A DNA stretch of 64,000 nucleotides, taken from contig JADGNZ010000012.1 in assembly GCA_017883205.1 (NCBI GenBank), positions 8,151 through 72,150 of the forward strand, in the 5' to 3' direction. The stretch comes from Thermoanaerobaculia bacterium. Lineage in GTDB: Bacteria; Acidobacteriota; Thermoanaerobaculia; Gp7-AA8. The notes below the pieces were generated by a model, which searched no databases, was not told where the DNA came from, and was given only the letters and a program-made list of their open reading frames with translations. The position numbers and the translations under genes were made by a program. Positions 1 through 8,545 of the stretch are shown here, in pieces (positions within the stretch are counted from its first letter, which is position 1; each line of letters starts with the position of its first letter).

Positions 1-292
1 CCGGAAACTGTTCGGCGCGAAGCCGTTGGCGACGATCGATGATCCGCTCACCACGATGCAGTTCCGCGCCTTCGCATGGACTGTCGCTCATGGAGAGCGC
101 ATCGCCGAAAAGCGCGCCGCAGTTCAGAACCTGCGGAAGCGCAGCGACCGCGAGATCTTCGAGCGCTTTCCGCTGTTGATCGTTCCAACCTATCCCGGCG
201 ACGAGAGCCTGATGCGCAGTGCGCTCTTCCGGATGCTTCAGCCGTCTTTGCCGAAGGTCGAGCGGACGCTGTCCGCTATCATGCGCCCGTGA
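1..292 (+). CDS. 3' end of an upstream gene that begins outside the window; hypothetical protein
   Basis: The ORF is open from the window edge in the frame of ORF 26..292. Its stop overlaps the GTG start of the next gene, which suggests an operon. No recognisable domain. Confidence 0.3.
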   Translation, partial: RKLFGAKPLATIDDPLTTMQFRAFAWTVAHGERIAEKRAAVQNLRKRSDREIFERFPLLIVPTYPGDESLMRSALFRMLQPSLPKVERTLSAIMRP

Positions 293-1188
293 CGCAGCAG
301 CCGGCTTGGTGGCATCGTTTTCACGCGCGAGGCGTGTTCTGGCGGCAGGTTCTCCGCTTTGCCATTCTGAACACGCCGCCCTGGCTCGAGCCGATCGCTA
401 TGGCATCGTGGTCGTTGTTTTTCCTGATGTGGGGAACGGCTCGCCGCGGTGTCATGCGCAATCTCGCGGTGATCAAACCGGGCTCATTCGCCCTCGTCAA
501 TTTCTTTCGCTGCTACCGCGTCTTCTGGAACTACGCATGGACGATCGCTGACAACGTCCGTTTCAAGGAGCTGCGCACGATTCCGGACTGGGAGTTCACC
601 GGCTGGAAGTATTTTGAGGAGATGCAGGAACGCGACGGCGCGATCCTGCTCACCGCTCACATGGGCAGCTACGACCTCGGCGCCCATCTCTTCTCCGAGA
701 CTTCGAGCCGTCGAATCGTCATGGTGCGTGCTCCCGAAACCGACCCGGAAACGCGCGCCTTTGAACAGGGCCGCGCCGCTGAAGGTCTTCGCATCGAGTT
801 CAACACGCGATCTACGGATCTGGCGATCGATCTCCTCAGCATCATCCGCGACGGCAACATCGTGGCCATTCAGGGCGACCGTGTCACCGGCGAGATCGGC
901 TTCCTGCCCGCGACCGTGTTCGGCCGTCCGACGCGCGTTCCGGCCGGCCCCTTCGCTCTGGCGCTCGCGGCGCGCGTGCCGATCTATCCCGTCTTCGTGG
1001 TCCGACTCGGCAGGCGCCGGTATCGACTGATGACCGCGCGCCCGATCGAGCTCGTACGCAGCCAGGATCGCGATGACGACTTCCGGCGTGCGGTCGAGCA
1101 ATGGGTCGGAGAGCTCGAGCACGTCATCCGCGACCGCTGGTCTCAGTGGTTCACGTTCGAGCCGTACTGGCCGGAGCTTGCGGCGTGA
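289..1188 (+). CDS. Lipid A biosynthesis (LpxL/HtrB-type) lysophospholipid acyltransferase family protein
   Basis: In the frame of ORF 76..1188, with a GTG start at 289 overlapping the upstream stop. It has the HX4D-type acyltransferase motif HMGSYDLG, and the length and layout match Lip_A_acyltrans (the E. coli LpxL equivalent is HFLTLELG). Confidence 0.6.
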   Translation: MTQQPAWWHRFHARGVFWRQVLRFAILNTPPWLEPIAMASWSLFFLMWGTARRGVMRNLAVIKPGSFALVNFFRCYRVFWNYAWTIADNVRFKELRTIPDWEFTGWKYFEEMQERDGAILLTAHMGSYDLGAHLFSETSSRRIVMVRAPETDPETRAFEQGRAAEGLRIEFNTRSTDLAIDLLSIIRDGNIVAIQGDRVTGEIGFLPATVFGRPTRVPAGPFALALAARVPIYPVFVVRLGRRRYRLMTARPIELVRSQDRDDDFRRAVEQWVGELEHVIRDRWSQWFTFEPYWPELAA

Positions 1189-1727
1189 CGACGAACGTCA
1201 TCATCAACCGATCCGCGGTTCGATGGCTGCCGTCGCGGCATCGTTTTGCGCTGGCGCAGCTTGTGGCGTTCGCACGTTTGCGGCGAGGCGAACCACAAGA
1301 CGCAGATGGTCCGGACCATCTCATCCTTCCCATCGATCGCGATCAAAGCGCTGCTGAGTCGTACGCGGTTGCGGTCTGGGTGTTCCTGACCGTCGCCTCA
1401 TACCTCGTAGCGGTCCTGCCGCTGCCTCTGCCGTTGGCCATCTTCGCGGCGATTCCTCTGGCATCGATCGTCATTCACATCCCGATCGTCGTCGGAGGCC
1501 TCACGCTCCGGCTTCTTCTCGGCGACAACGATCACGTCAAGATCGTCTCCGTCGGAACGATGTCCTTGCTGATCGTCTGGTCGTTCTACGTCACACACGG
1601 CGATTCCTGGGCGCGAATCGTGGCCTGGCTCTTCTTTGGCGTGTTGGCCTGCAACGCGATCGCCGCGTTGATTCTCTGGTTGCTGCGCGCCGAGGTGCAG
1701 GCTGAGGAAAATCAATGCGCACGCTGA
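1185..1727 (+). CDS. hypothetical polytopic membrane protein
   Basis: In the frame of ORF 1101..1727, with a GTG at 1185 overlapping the upstream stop (GTGA). There are three to four hydrophobic helices. Translationally coupled to the flanking genes. Confidence 0.45.
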   Translation: MTTNVIINRSAVRWLPSRHRFALAQLVAFARLRRGEPQDADGPDHLILPIDRDQSAAESYAVAVWVFLTVASYLVAVLPLPLPLAIFAAIPLASIVIHIPIVVGGLTLRLLLGDNDHVKIVSVGTMSLLIVWSFYVTHGDSWARIVAWLFFGVLACNAIAALILWLLRAEVQAEENQCAR

Positions 1728-2479
1728 TCCTAGCGTTTGCGCTCGGCGCGTCGCTCATCGTCCCCATCCTTCTGTTGCTGATGTTTCCGCCATGGTGGCC
1801 GATCGCCATCGGTGTTCTCGCTCTCGCTCATGGGCTCGTGCTCTGGCCGACGCTCAGACCGAACTCGCAGTGGCTCGGTCCCGTGATGACGAGTTTCGAA
1901 ACGGACTCCAACGAAGTCTGGCTCACGATCGACGATGGGCCAACGGACGACACACCAGCGCTGCTCGACGCGCTCGACGCGCTCGGCGTGAAGGCGACGT
2001 TCTTCGTCAAAGGCGTTCTCGTCGAGCAGCGACCCGACTTCGTGAGTGCGATGCTGGCCCGCGGCCACAGTGTCGAGAACCACTCGCAGACGCATCCTTC
2101 GGGCGCATTCTGGTGCCTTCCGCCAAGCTCGGTGGCTTGGCAGATCGATCAATGCAGCGCTGCGCTGGAGATGGTGGGCGCGCGCTCACGCCTTTTTCGG
2201 GCACCGGTCGGAATGAAGAACCCATTCGTTCATCCGATTCTGACGCGCCGAGGGATAACGATCGTGGGCTGGAGTGTGCGCGGATTCGATTCATTCGGCG
2301 ACGACGTGCAGCGCGTCGTGCAACGCATCGTGCCGCGCGTCAGGTCCGGCTCGATCGTGGTCATGCATCAGGGACGCGGCTTTTCGGTGGCCTGCGTGAC
2401 CGGTGTCGTCCGCGCATTGCAAGCGAAGGGCTACTCGTTCGTCGTTCCTGTGCCCGAGCGTTTAAAAACGAAGAGGTAG
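1715..2479 (+). CDS. polysaccharide deacetylase (NodB homology, CE4) with N-terminal TM helix
   Basis: TIDDGP and HSQTHP motifs typical of the NodB domain. It overlaps the upstream gene by 13 nt. Confidence 0.75.
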   Translation: MRTLILAFALGASLIVPILLLLMFPPWWPIAIGVLALAHGLVLWPTLRPNSQWLGPVMTSFETDSNEVWLTIDDGPTDDTPALLDALDALGVKATFFVKGVLVEQRPDFVSAMLARGHSVENHSQTHPSGAFWCLPPSSVAWQIDQCSAALEMVGARSRLFRAPVGMKNPFVHPILTRRGITIVGWSVRGFDSFGDDVQRVVQRIVPRVRSGSIVVMHQGRGFSVACVTGVVRALQAKGYSFVVPVPERLKTKR

Positions 2480-3099
2480 TTGTTGAACGGCGTCCGGCCA
2501 TACAACGGCACGACCTCGGCGTCGAAGCCCGCGAATGGGCGAAGGATCTCGTCGCGCGTCGCAAAGTGCAGACGTTCCGCCCGAAGCCAGCGCACCAATC
2601 GCGAGAACATCTCCTGCGCGTACGTCAGCCGGTAGCGCCAGCTTCCGTCGCGAACGGCGTCGCGGATGATCACCGTCGTGGCATGTGCGGCAGCGGCTGC
2701 AAGGATTCGCGACTGCTCCTCCGACGTGAAGTAGTGCAGCAGATCGAGCAGCACAACAGTGCCGCCACGATCCATCGCCACGCGCGCATCACCAGCCTCA
2801 AACGTTGCGTTGGGCACGACCTGCCGGGCGATGCCGATCTTTCGCTCATCGTGATCGAGACCACATATCGGCCCCGTGAAACCGCGCTCCCGAAGGTAGC
2901 TCGGAAGGACGCCAATGCCGCATCCGACGTCGAGCAATGGCTGGTCGCTACCTTCGAGCCGGTCGAAGACCGCGTCGTAAACGGGATCCGTGCGGATCTT
3001 CGCGCGAACATAAATGCGAAGAAAGCGCGTCGGATAGCGAGCGGCGACTCGATCCGCAAGGCCAGCGCTGCTCATACGATTCGGCACCAGGACCGTCAA
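2431..3099 (-). CDS. class I SAM-dependent methyltransferase
   Basis: Motif I LLDVGCGIGVL. Convergent with the deacetylase and overlapping its end. It is the last gene of the minus-strand glycan operon. Confidence 0.6.
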   Translation of the reverse strand: MTVLVPNRMSSAGLADRVAARYPTRFLRIYVRAKIRTDPVYDAVFDRLEGSDQPLLDVGCGIGVLPSYLRERGFTGPICGLDHDERKIGIARQVVPNATFEAGDARVAMDRGGTVVLLDLLHYFTSEEQSRILAAAAAHATTVIIRDAVRDGSWRYRLTYAQEMFSRLVRWLRAERLHFATRDEILRPFAGFDAEVVPLYGRTPFNNYLFVFKRSGTGTTNE

Positions 3100-3512
3100 G
3101 GCGAAAGATGCTCGATGAGGTCGATCAACTCAGGAAGGTTGAACGGCTTCGGCAGAATTGCAGAGACGCCGAGTTGCAGGATGGCCTTCGGTTCCACGTA
3201 CAGGTGCGCAGAGAGAACGATGATGCGGACGGTGCCGAGGTAGCCCGTCTCTTTGAGCCGTTGCAGAAAATCCCAGCCATTGGTGCCGGGCATCGCCAGG
3301 TCGAGGAGGATGACGTCGGGCCGGTGAAGCGTCAGAGCGCGATGTCCCTCGTCTCCGTCGCACGCAAGCAGCACGTCAAACCCTGCCTGCCGTAACGCAG
3401 CCGCAAGCATTCCGCGCAACGGCAGATCGTCGTCGATGACGAGGACGCGTTTGCGGTCGACGTCTGCGACGCGCTTCTCGTAGTCCGGATCGTGATGCTC
3501 GATTTCGCTCAT
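3096..3512 (-). CDS. single-domain response regulator (CheY-like receiver)
   Basis: REC domain: KRVLVIDDD...DVILLDLAMPG...KP. The track ORF 3096..3791 is N-terminally extended through an intergenic repeat. The ATG at 3512 (MSEIEHH) gives a 139-aa protein. Confidence 0.65.
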   Translation of the reverse strand: MSEIEHHDPDYEKRVADVDRKRVLVIDDDLPLRGMLAAALRQAGFDVLLACDGDEGHRALTLHRPDVILLDLAMPGTNGWDFLQRLKETGYLGTVRIIVLSAHLYVEPKAILQLGVSAILPKPFNLPELIDLIEHLSP

Positions 3513-3708
3513 ACCGTCTTCGGGCTGCCATGCGCATTCTACCGACTGCTGATGCTGCCATGCAGGACGCTGGCCACTGCGCGGGTGTCGGGTATCGGGG
3601 GTCGGGTGTCGGAGTAGACGCTGCTTTTCTCCGATTCCCGACTCCCGAACAGCGACTCCCTCAGGGGGATTCTGCTCCGACCCCCGACCCCGACTAACGA
3701 CCCCCGCG

Positions 3709-4710
3709 TCAAAATAGATCACTGTCGCCGTACGTGTAGTACAGCCGCTCAGCAATTCGCGCGCTCGCGTCAGGCTCATCAAAGGGCACACACATCAGCG
3801 ACAGATCCTGGGGGTCGGGCCGCGACTCGAAGCCAAGCTCGCGCAGCACGCCATCGAACCATCGTGGCCGCGCGGGAAACCAACCGTCGATGCGATCGAC
3901 AGGATAGGCCGGCACGACATGACGAAGGAGCACGTGCACGGCGTGCGGATAACGGGGATCGAACAACGCGTCACCCCAGGCCAGCCTTCGGCCACGCACG
4001 CCAAACACGCTCCAGCCCACTAACCGGCGCCACTTGCGGATGGCCACGACGAAGTACGGCACGTCAGGACATTCGAGGTAACGCCAGCGCAGGTAACGCG
4101 CATCGCGGCGGACGAGGAAGCGATACGCCGGAGCGACGCGCTCGAAAAAGTCGTCGTATTCCGAGTCAAAGCCGCGGACCAGCTCGAGCTGCCATCCGCG
4201 CGGCCAGCGCTCGCGCCGGCCGATGCGCGGGAACGGATTCACCGTCAGATCGCGCACGCGGTACGGCGCCGGCTCCACAGCGTCGCTCCCGAGAAAGCGG
4301 ACCGACAGTTCGCGGTGCGCGGCCGTCGTGAAGCCATAGTTGAACGCCACCTTGCCGCGGCAGAACGTGTCGTAGAAGTGACTCGCCGTCCGGGCCAGAA
4401 TGCTGGTCGGTCCGCGGCCGATGTGGCGCACGGAGCGATCGGTCATGATGTCGCCGATCTGGTTGGCGACGAGTACACGTCCGTCATCGACCAGCGGCAC
4501 AGGATAGCCGGCGTATTGCGCGACCAGGCGCTGAGCATCATCGAACGTCAGCGAAATGCGCTCGTTGCCGAACGGACTGCTCTGGTACTCCCACTGAAAA
4601 TGTTCGCGCCCTCGGGTGGCGTGCGGAAAGGCTCGCGCGAAGAGAGCGAAGATCTGCGCTTCATCGCCCTCGCGAAACCCGCGAATGGTGAAGCACGCGT
4701 CAACGGGCAT
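3709..4710 (-). CDS. GNAT family N-acetyltransferase with C-terminal extension
   Basis: N-terminal GNAT-like fold (FREGDEAQIFALFARAF, with an acetyl-CoA binding-like segment). Embedded in the glycosyltransferase operon. Confidence 0.45.
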   Translation of the reverse strand: MPVDACFTIRGFREGDEAQIFALFARAFPHATRGREHFQWEYQSSPFGNERISLTFDDAQRLVAQYAGYPVPLVDDGRVLVANQIGDIMTDRSVRHIGRGPTSILARTASHFYDTFCRGKVAFNYGFTTAAHRELSVRFLGSDAVEPAPYRVRDLTVNPFPRIGRRERWPRGWQLELVRGFDSEYDDFFERVAPAYRFLVRRDARYLRWRYLECPDVPYFVVAIRKWRRLVGWSVFGVRGRRLAWGDALFDPRYPHAVHVLLRHVVPAYPVDRIDGWFPARPRWFDGVLRELGFESRPDPQDLSLMCVPFDEPDASARIAERLYYTYGDSDLF

Positions 4711-6196
4711 GTGTCGGCTCGACCGATGGGATCGCCCGGAAGTTGACCGGCGATCCGACTCGCCGCTTCGCCACGATGCGGATCGATCCCGACGGAACCA
4801 GCAGCGGATCCGGCAGAATCCTGAACAAGGTCTGCATCACGGGCATCAGCGCCGGCCACCGCGTTGCCACGGAATGCCGCAGAAAGCGCTGGTCGCGGTA
4901 CTCGAGCTCCGCGCCGATGCTGACGATCTCGAAGCCGGAATGCTCGAGCAACTCGATGAGCGCGGAGCGCGAGTAGAGAATGAGATGCGTCCGGAAGTTC
5001 TGCGTCATCCATCGCCGCTCGGTGATGAGATAGAGCAATCCCTCGGTGTCGAACGTCGAGAGCAGTAAAACACCGCCCGGCTTCAGCAGATCCTTCATCC
5101 GCGACAACGCGTCGTGCGGATCAGCCATGTTCTCGAAGACATGAAAGAGCGCGATGGCGTCGAAGGCCGGCCCCGTATTGACGAAGTTTGGAACGGTGGA
5201 GCAATACACTTCCAGCCCGCGGGCGCGGACCGCGCGAGCAACGCTCGGAGCGCGGTCGATTCCGACATACTCAAACTCGGCTGCTGCCGCAGCGCCGAAG
5301 CTGCCATCGCGAACGCCGACTTCAAGGATCCGAGCCCGCGAGGTGAGATGCCTGCGCAACGCAGCCAGGCGCCGTTGACTCGTCCTCTCCCTTGCGACAC
5401 CGCGGTGAATCGTCTCGTCGCCAGGATCGGCAGGCGGCATCTGGCCACGCAGGACGCGGCGAACCGGACCGGCATCGTCGACGACATCGAAATGTCCAAG
5501 ATAACGGCACTTGCAACGGCTGCACGACCGCACGACGTTACCGGGGATCTGATCGATGCTCCACACTTCGCTGGAGAAACAGACCAGACAGCGCCTCGGT
5601 GGGCGATAACCATTCCTTCGATCGGTCATCCGGATCGCAGCGGCAGCGGCGAGGCCGGACCAGATATCGAACGTCGCCTTCGAAGCAGACTTCCCGCCGT
5701 GCGTGGTCAGGCACTCCACGCGGAATCCGTACTTGTTCGCGAGGTAGGCCGCTTCGAGATCGAATCCCCCTTTTCGAAGTCTGGTCTCGCCAAGTATCAG
5801 GCGCGCCGCGTCGGCGGAAAACGCCTTCAGGTGCAGCGCTCGATCAGGAAGAATCGGAACAAGAAGTGTTCGCAACAAGAGATCGCCAGGCCGCGCCTCG
5901 CGTCGCCCGAAAACCACCTCGGCTGCTCCCGATTGGATCAGCGCGACCGCATCGCCGATGGCGCTCATCGGATAAGGCAGATCATGGTCAACGATCACGA
6001 TGATGCTGCCACCTGCCTCGGCCACACCGCGCCGCAGCATGGCTCCATAACCAGCACCGTCCCGGCGGTCCAGAACGCGAATGTCGAATTCGAAGCCGGT
6101 CGCGTGCAGGTAGCTCTCGATCGCCTCCAGTGTCGATGGAAGCTCGGCGGACGGTCCAACCAGCGGAACAAGGACCGAGACTCTGGTCGAGCTCAT
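4700..6196 (-). CDS. fusion protein: GT2 glycosyltransferase domain, Cys4 zinc ribbon, SAM-dependent methyltransferase domain
   Basis: The N-terminal roughly 190 aa are GT2-like. A CxxC...CxxC cluster follows (CLVCF...CSRCKC). The C-terminal part is a class I methyltransferase (ILEVGVRDG, LKPGGVLLL). Its start overlaps the upstream stop (ATGA). Confidence 0.6.
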   Translation of the reverse strand: MSSTRVSVLVPLVGPSAELPSTLEAIESYLHATGFEFDIRVLDRRDGAGYGAMLRRGVAEAGGSIIVIVDHDLPYPMSAIGDAVALIQSGAAEVVFGRREARPGDLLLRTLLVPILPDRALHLKAFSADAARLILGETRLRKGGFDLEAAYLANKYGFRVECLTTHGGKSASKATFDIWSGLAAAAAIRMTDRRNGYRPPRRCLVCFSSEVWSIDQIPGNVVRSCSRCKCRYLGHFDVVDDAGPVRRVLRGQMPPADPGDETIHRGVARERTSQRRLAALRRHLTSRARILEVGVRDGSFGAAAAAEFEYVGIDRAPSVARAVRARGLEVYCSTVPNFVNTGPAFDAIALFHVFENMADPHDALSRMKDLLKPGGVLLLSTFDTEGLLYLITERRWMTQNFRTHLILYSRSALIELLEHSGFEIVSIGAELEYRDQRFLRHSVATRWPALMPVMQTLFRILPDPLLVPSGSIRIVAKRRVGSPVNFRAIPSVEPTHAR

Positions 6197-7221
6197 GCTG
6201 GTATTCTAGCTTTTGCCCACGATTCCAGCACTCGACCGCTGCGCCGGTCGACGGCACGCAGATAGAGAACGTCGCCGCGATAGACGCGCCAGACGTCATC
6301 AGGAACATCAGAGATCAAGTTCGTCGCGAAATGACCGGCCGCAGTCTCGAACGTGGGTAGCGGCGATGCTTCGATCACCACGCCGCCCGAGAAGGCACGC
6401 GGGCCACGCTCGTGCATCCGATCCGTGCTAATCGGTGGAACCGGAGAGTCCCGTCTACGCTCGAACTGCTTTGCGAATCCGCCTCCCCACTTGCGCAGAT
6501 ACTGGCTCTCGGACTGCGCATACAGTGCGGCCGACGCCGAAGACTCGCCCGCGCTCTGGTTGTAGAGATGGTGACAGCGAGCTGCCGGCACATAAACGAT
6601 GTCGCCCGCGACGCGGCGGAGAAAGTCATTCTCTTCAAAGTAGAGCTGGAAGCGTTCGTCGAATCCCTGCGCGTCGTCGAATGCTTTTGCTTTGATCGCC
6701 AGAACCGCGCCGGAGAGCGTGCGGACGCGTGATGGAGCAGCGAGCGACCAGAAAGCCACACGTGCAAAGAAGCGCCGCCGGTCTCTCGCGCGCGCCCACG
6801 CTCGGGAGCGACTGGCGAGCGCGCGGCTCGCCACCTGACGCGCGGTATGCAACTCGGCAGGAGGAAGTCGCCAAACGTAACCTTCATCCCAGAACAGTGC
6901 AGGCCCCGCGACGGCTGCGTCGGCGTCAACCAGAGCGTCGATCGCGTTCCCTCCAAACCGGATGTCAGGATTGGTTACGATGATGACGTCACCGTCACAA
7001 GCGCGGCGTCCGGCGTTGATGCCGCCGGCATAACCGAGATTCCGAGGAGCGGCGATCACCACGTCCGCAATGGAACAAAGCGCGCTCGCTTCGGACGCGT
7101 CGGGGCTGTTGTCCACCGCGACCACCTGCAGCGGCTGCGATGATGAAGCGCGCGCGGTTCTGATGGCATCGATTGCAAGCGATGCCGACCGATAGTTGAT
7201 GAGCACGAGTGAACGCTTCAT
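6193..7221 (-). CDS. glycosyltransferase family 2 (rhamnosyl/WbbL-like)
   Basis: LVLINYRSA...VVAVDNSP...NLGYAGGIN. The ATG at 7221 (MKRSL) overlaps the Wzt stop. The track start at 7269 is an extension. Confidence 0.65.
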   Translation of the reverse strand: MKRSLVLINYRSASLAIDAIRTARASSSQPLQVVAVDNSPDASEASALCSIADVVIAAPRNLGYAGGINAGRRACDGDVIIVTNPDIRFGGNAIDALVDADAAVAGPALFWDEGYVWRLPPAELHTARQVASRALASRSRAWARARDRRRFFARVAFWSLAAPSRVRTLSGAVLAIKAKAFDDAQGFDERFQLYFEENDFLRRVAGDIVYVPAARCHHLYNQSAGESSASAALYAQSESQYLRKWGGGFAKQFERRRDSPVPPISTDRMHERGPRAFSGGVVIEASPLPTFETAAGHFATNLISDVPDDVWRVYRGDVLYLRAVDRRSGRVLESWAKARIPA

Positions 7222-8453
7222 CTGCCGGCAGCTGCGGTGACTTCGACTTCCGACGGCAGCAACGACCACGTGTGATCGAGCGAGATCAATCCGACCTCGA
7301 AGCGCTCGCCGGTGATCGAGAATGCGCGGCGCAAATCACGGCGGTCGAACACCGTGATGGCCGCCTCGTCCCCGACAAAAGCGATGATCGAATATTCGCC
7401 GCGGTTCAGCGGTACGTTTCTGAGCTGCGCAACCAGCTCGTACTCATTGCGGCCCGAAGGCGGCGTCTCTCCGTCTGCATGGGTGCCGACAGCGAAGCAT
7501 TGAAGATCATCGGCGGAGCGATGGACGCCCACGATCACATGCACGGGCTGCGAGGCGACCTCAGAGTGAATGCGCAGCTTCACGTGAATGTCCTCGCCGC
7601 GCTCGAAGACATCCCGAGGCCGGCCACTGCGATCGCAGATGGCCACTTCCCGGATACGCACAGGAGAGGGCGGGCGCTCATGCTCTGGCTCTCCTTCGCT
7701 CGCAGGTCGATCACGGTCGCGCTGCAGGAGAAAGGTCTCGTACTCGTGGACCACGTCGAGCGAGGGTCCGAAGCGCATCACACGTCCATGGTCGAGCCAC
7801 AGCGTGCGGCGGCAAATCGTGCTCACGTGATAGAGGCCATGCGAACAGAAGAGGATCGTCCTCCCCTCTTCCTGAAACTCCCGGATCTTGTCGACGCACT
7901 TTTTTTGGAAGTGTCCGTCGCCAACGGCGAGCGCTTCATCGATGACCAGGATGTCAGGAGCGACGTTGACCGCAACCGAAAAGGCGAGGCGCATGTACAT
8001 CCCGGAGGAGTACGTCTTCACGGGCCGGTCGAGAAACGTGCCGAGCTCGGAGAACTCCAGAATTGCGGGAAGCCGCTGCTTCACCTCGGCTGGCCCGAGC
8101 CCGAGGATGGCGGCGTTCAGCGCGGCGTTGTCGCGCCCACTGAATTCCGGATGAAAACCGGTGCCCAGTTCGAGGATGGACGCGATGCTCCCTTTCGTCT
8201 CCAACAGACCACTCGTGGGCCGTGTAACGCTGCAGAGCAGCTTGAGAAGCGTGCTTTTCCCGGCGCCGTTCTGACCGATGATCCCGATCGTCTCGCCTCG
8301 CTCGACCTCGAATGTCACGTCCTGAAGAGCGGGAAACACGGTGTGCCTCGCGCGGCGCGTCACGAACTCGATCAACCGGTCGGCCGGGCGCCGGTAGATG
8401 TCATATTGCTTCGTCAGCTCGACAGCACGAACCGCAGTGGTCATCCTCGACAT
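7218..8453 (-). CDS. wzt: ABC transporter ATP-binding protein of the O-antigen/teichoic-acid exporter type (Wzt/TagH) with C-terminal carbohydrate-binding domain
   Basis: Walker A GQNGAGKST, signature YSSGMYMRLAF, Walker B ILVIDEALAVGD. The C-terminal extension of about 170 aa is typical of Wzt proteins that bind terminally modified O-polysaccharide. Confidence 0.75.
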   Translation of the reverse strand: MSRMTTAVRAVELTKQYDIYRRPADRLIEFVTRRARHTVFPALQDVTFEVERGETIGIIGQNGAGKSTLLKLLCSVTRPTSGLLETKGSIASILELGTGFHPEFSGRDNAALNAAILGLGPAEVKQRLPAILEFSELGTFLDRPVKTYSSGMYMRLAFSVAVNVAPDILVIDEALAVGDGHFQKKCVDKIREFQEEGRTILFCSHGLYHVSTICRRTLWLDHGRVMRFGPSLDVVHEYETFLLQRDRDRPASEGEPEHERPPSPVRIREVAICDRSGRPRDVFERGEDIHVKLRIHSEVASQPVHVIVGVHRSADDLQCFAVGTHADGETPPSGRNEYELVAQLRNVPLNRGEYSIIAFVGDEAAITVFDRRDLRRAFSITGERFEVGLISLDHTWSLLPSEVEVTAAAGR

Positions 8454-8545
8454 TGTACGGATCGTGGGCCGAAATCATCGCAGCCCCAAAAAGAAAACGT
8501 GGCGGGCCGGAGCCCGCCACGTTGCATTGACTACGTTGACCGGCG

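Noticed and set aside
3513-3791. N-terminal 93 codons of track ORF 3096..3791 (response regulator).
   Set aside because: The extension runs through a family B repeat and has no receiver-domain similarity. A clean ATG at 3512 gives a standard 139-aa CheY-like protein.
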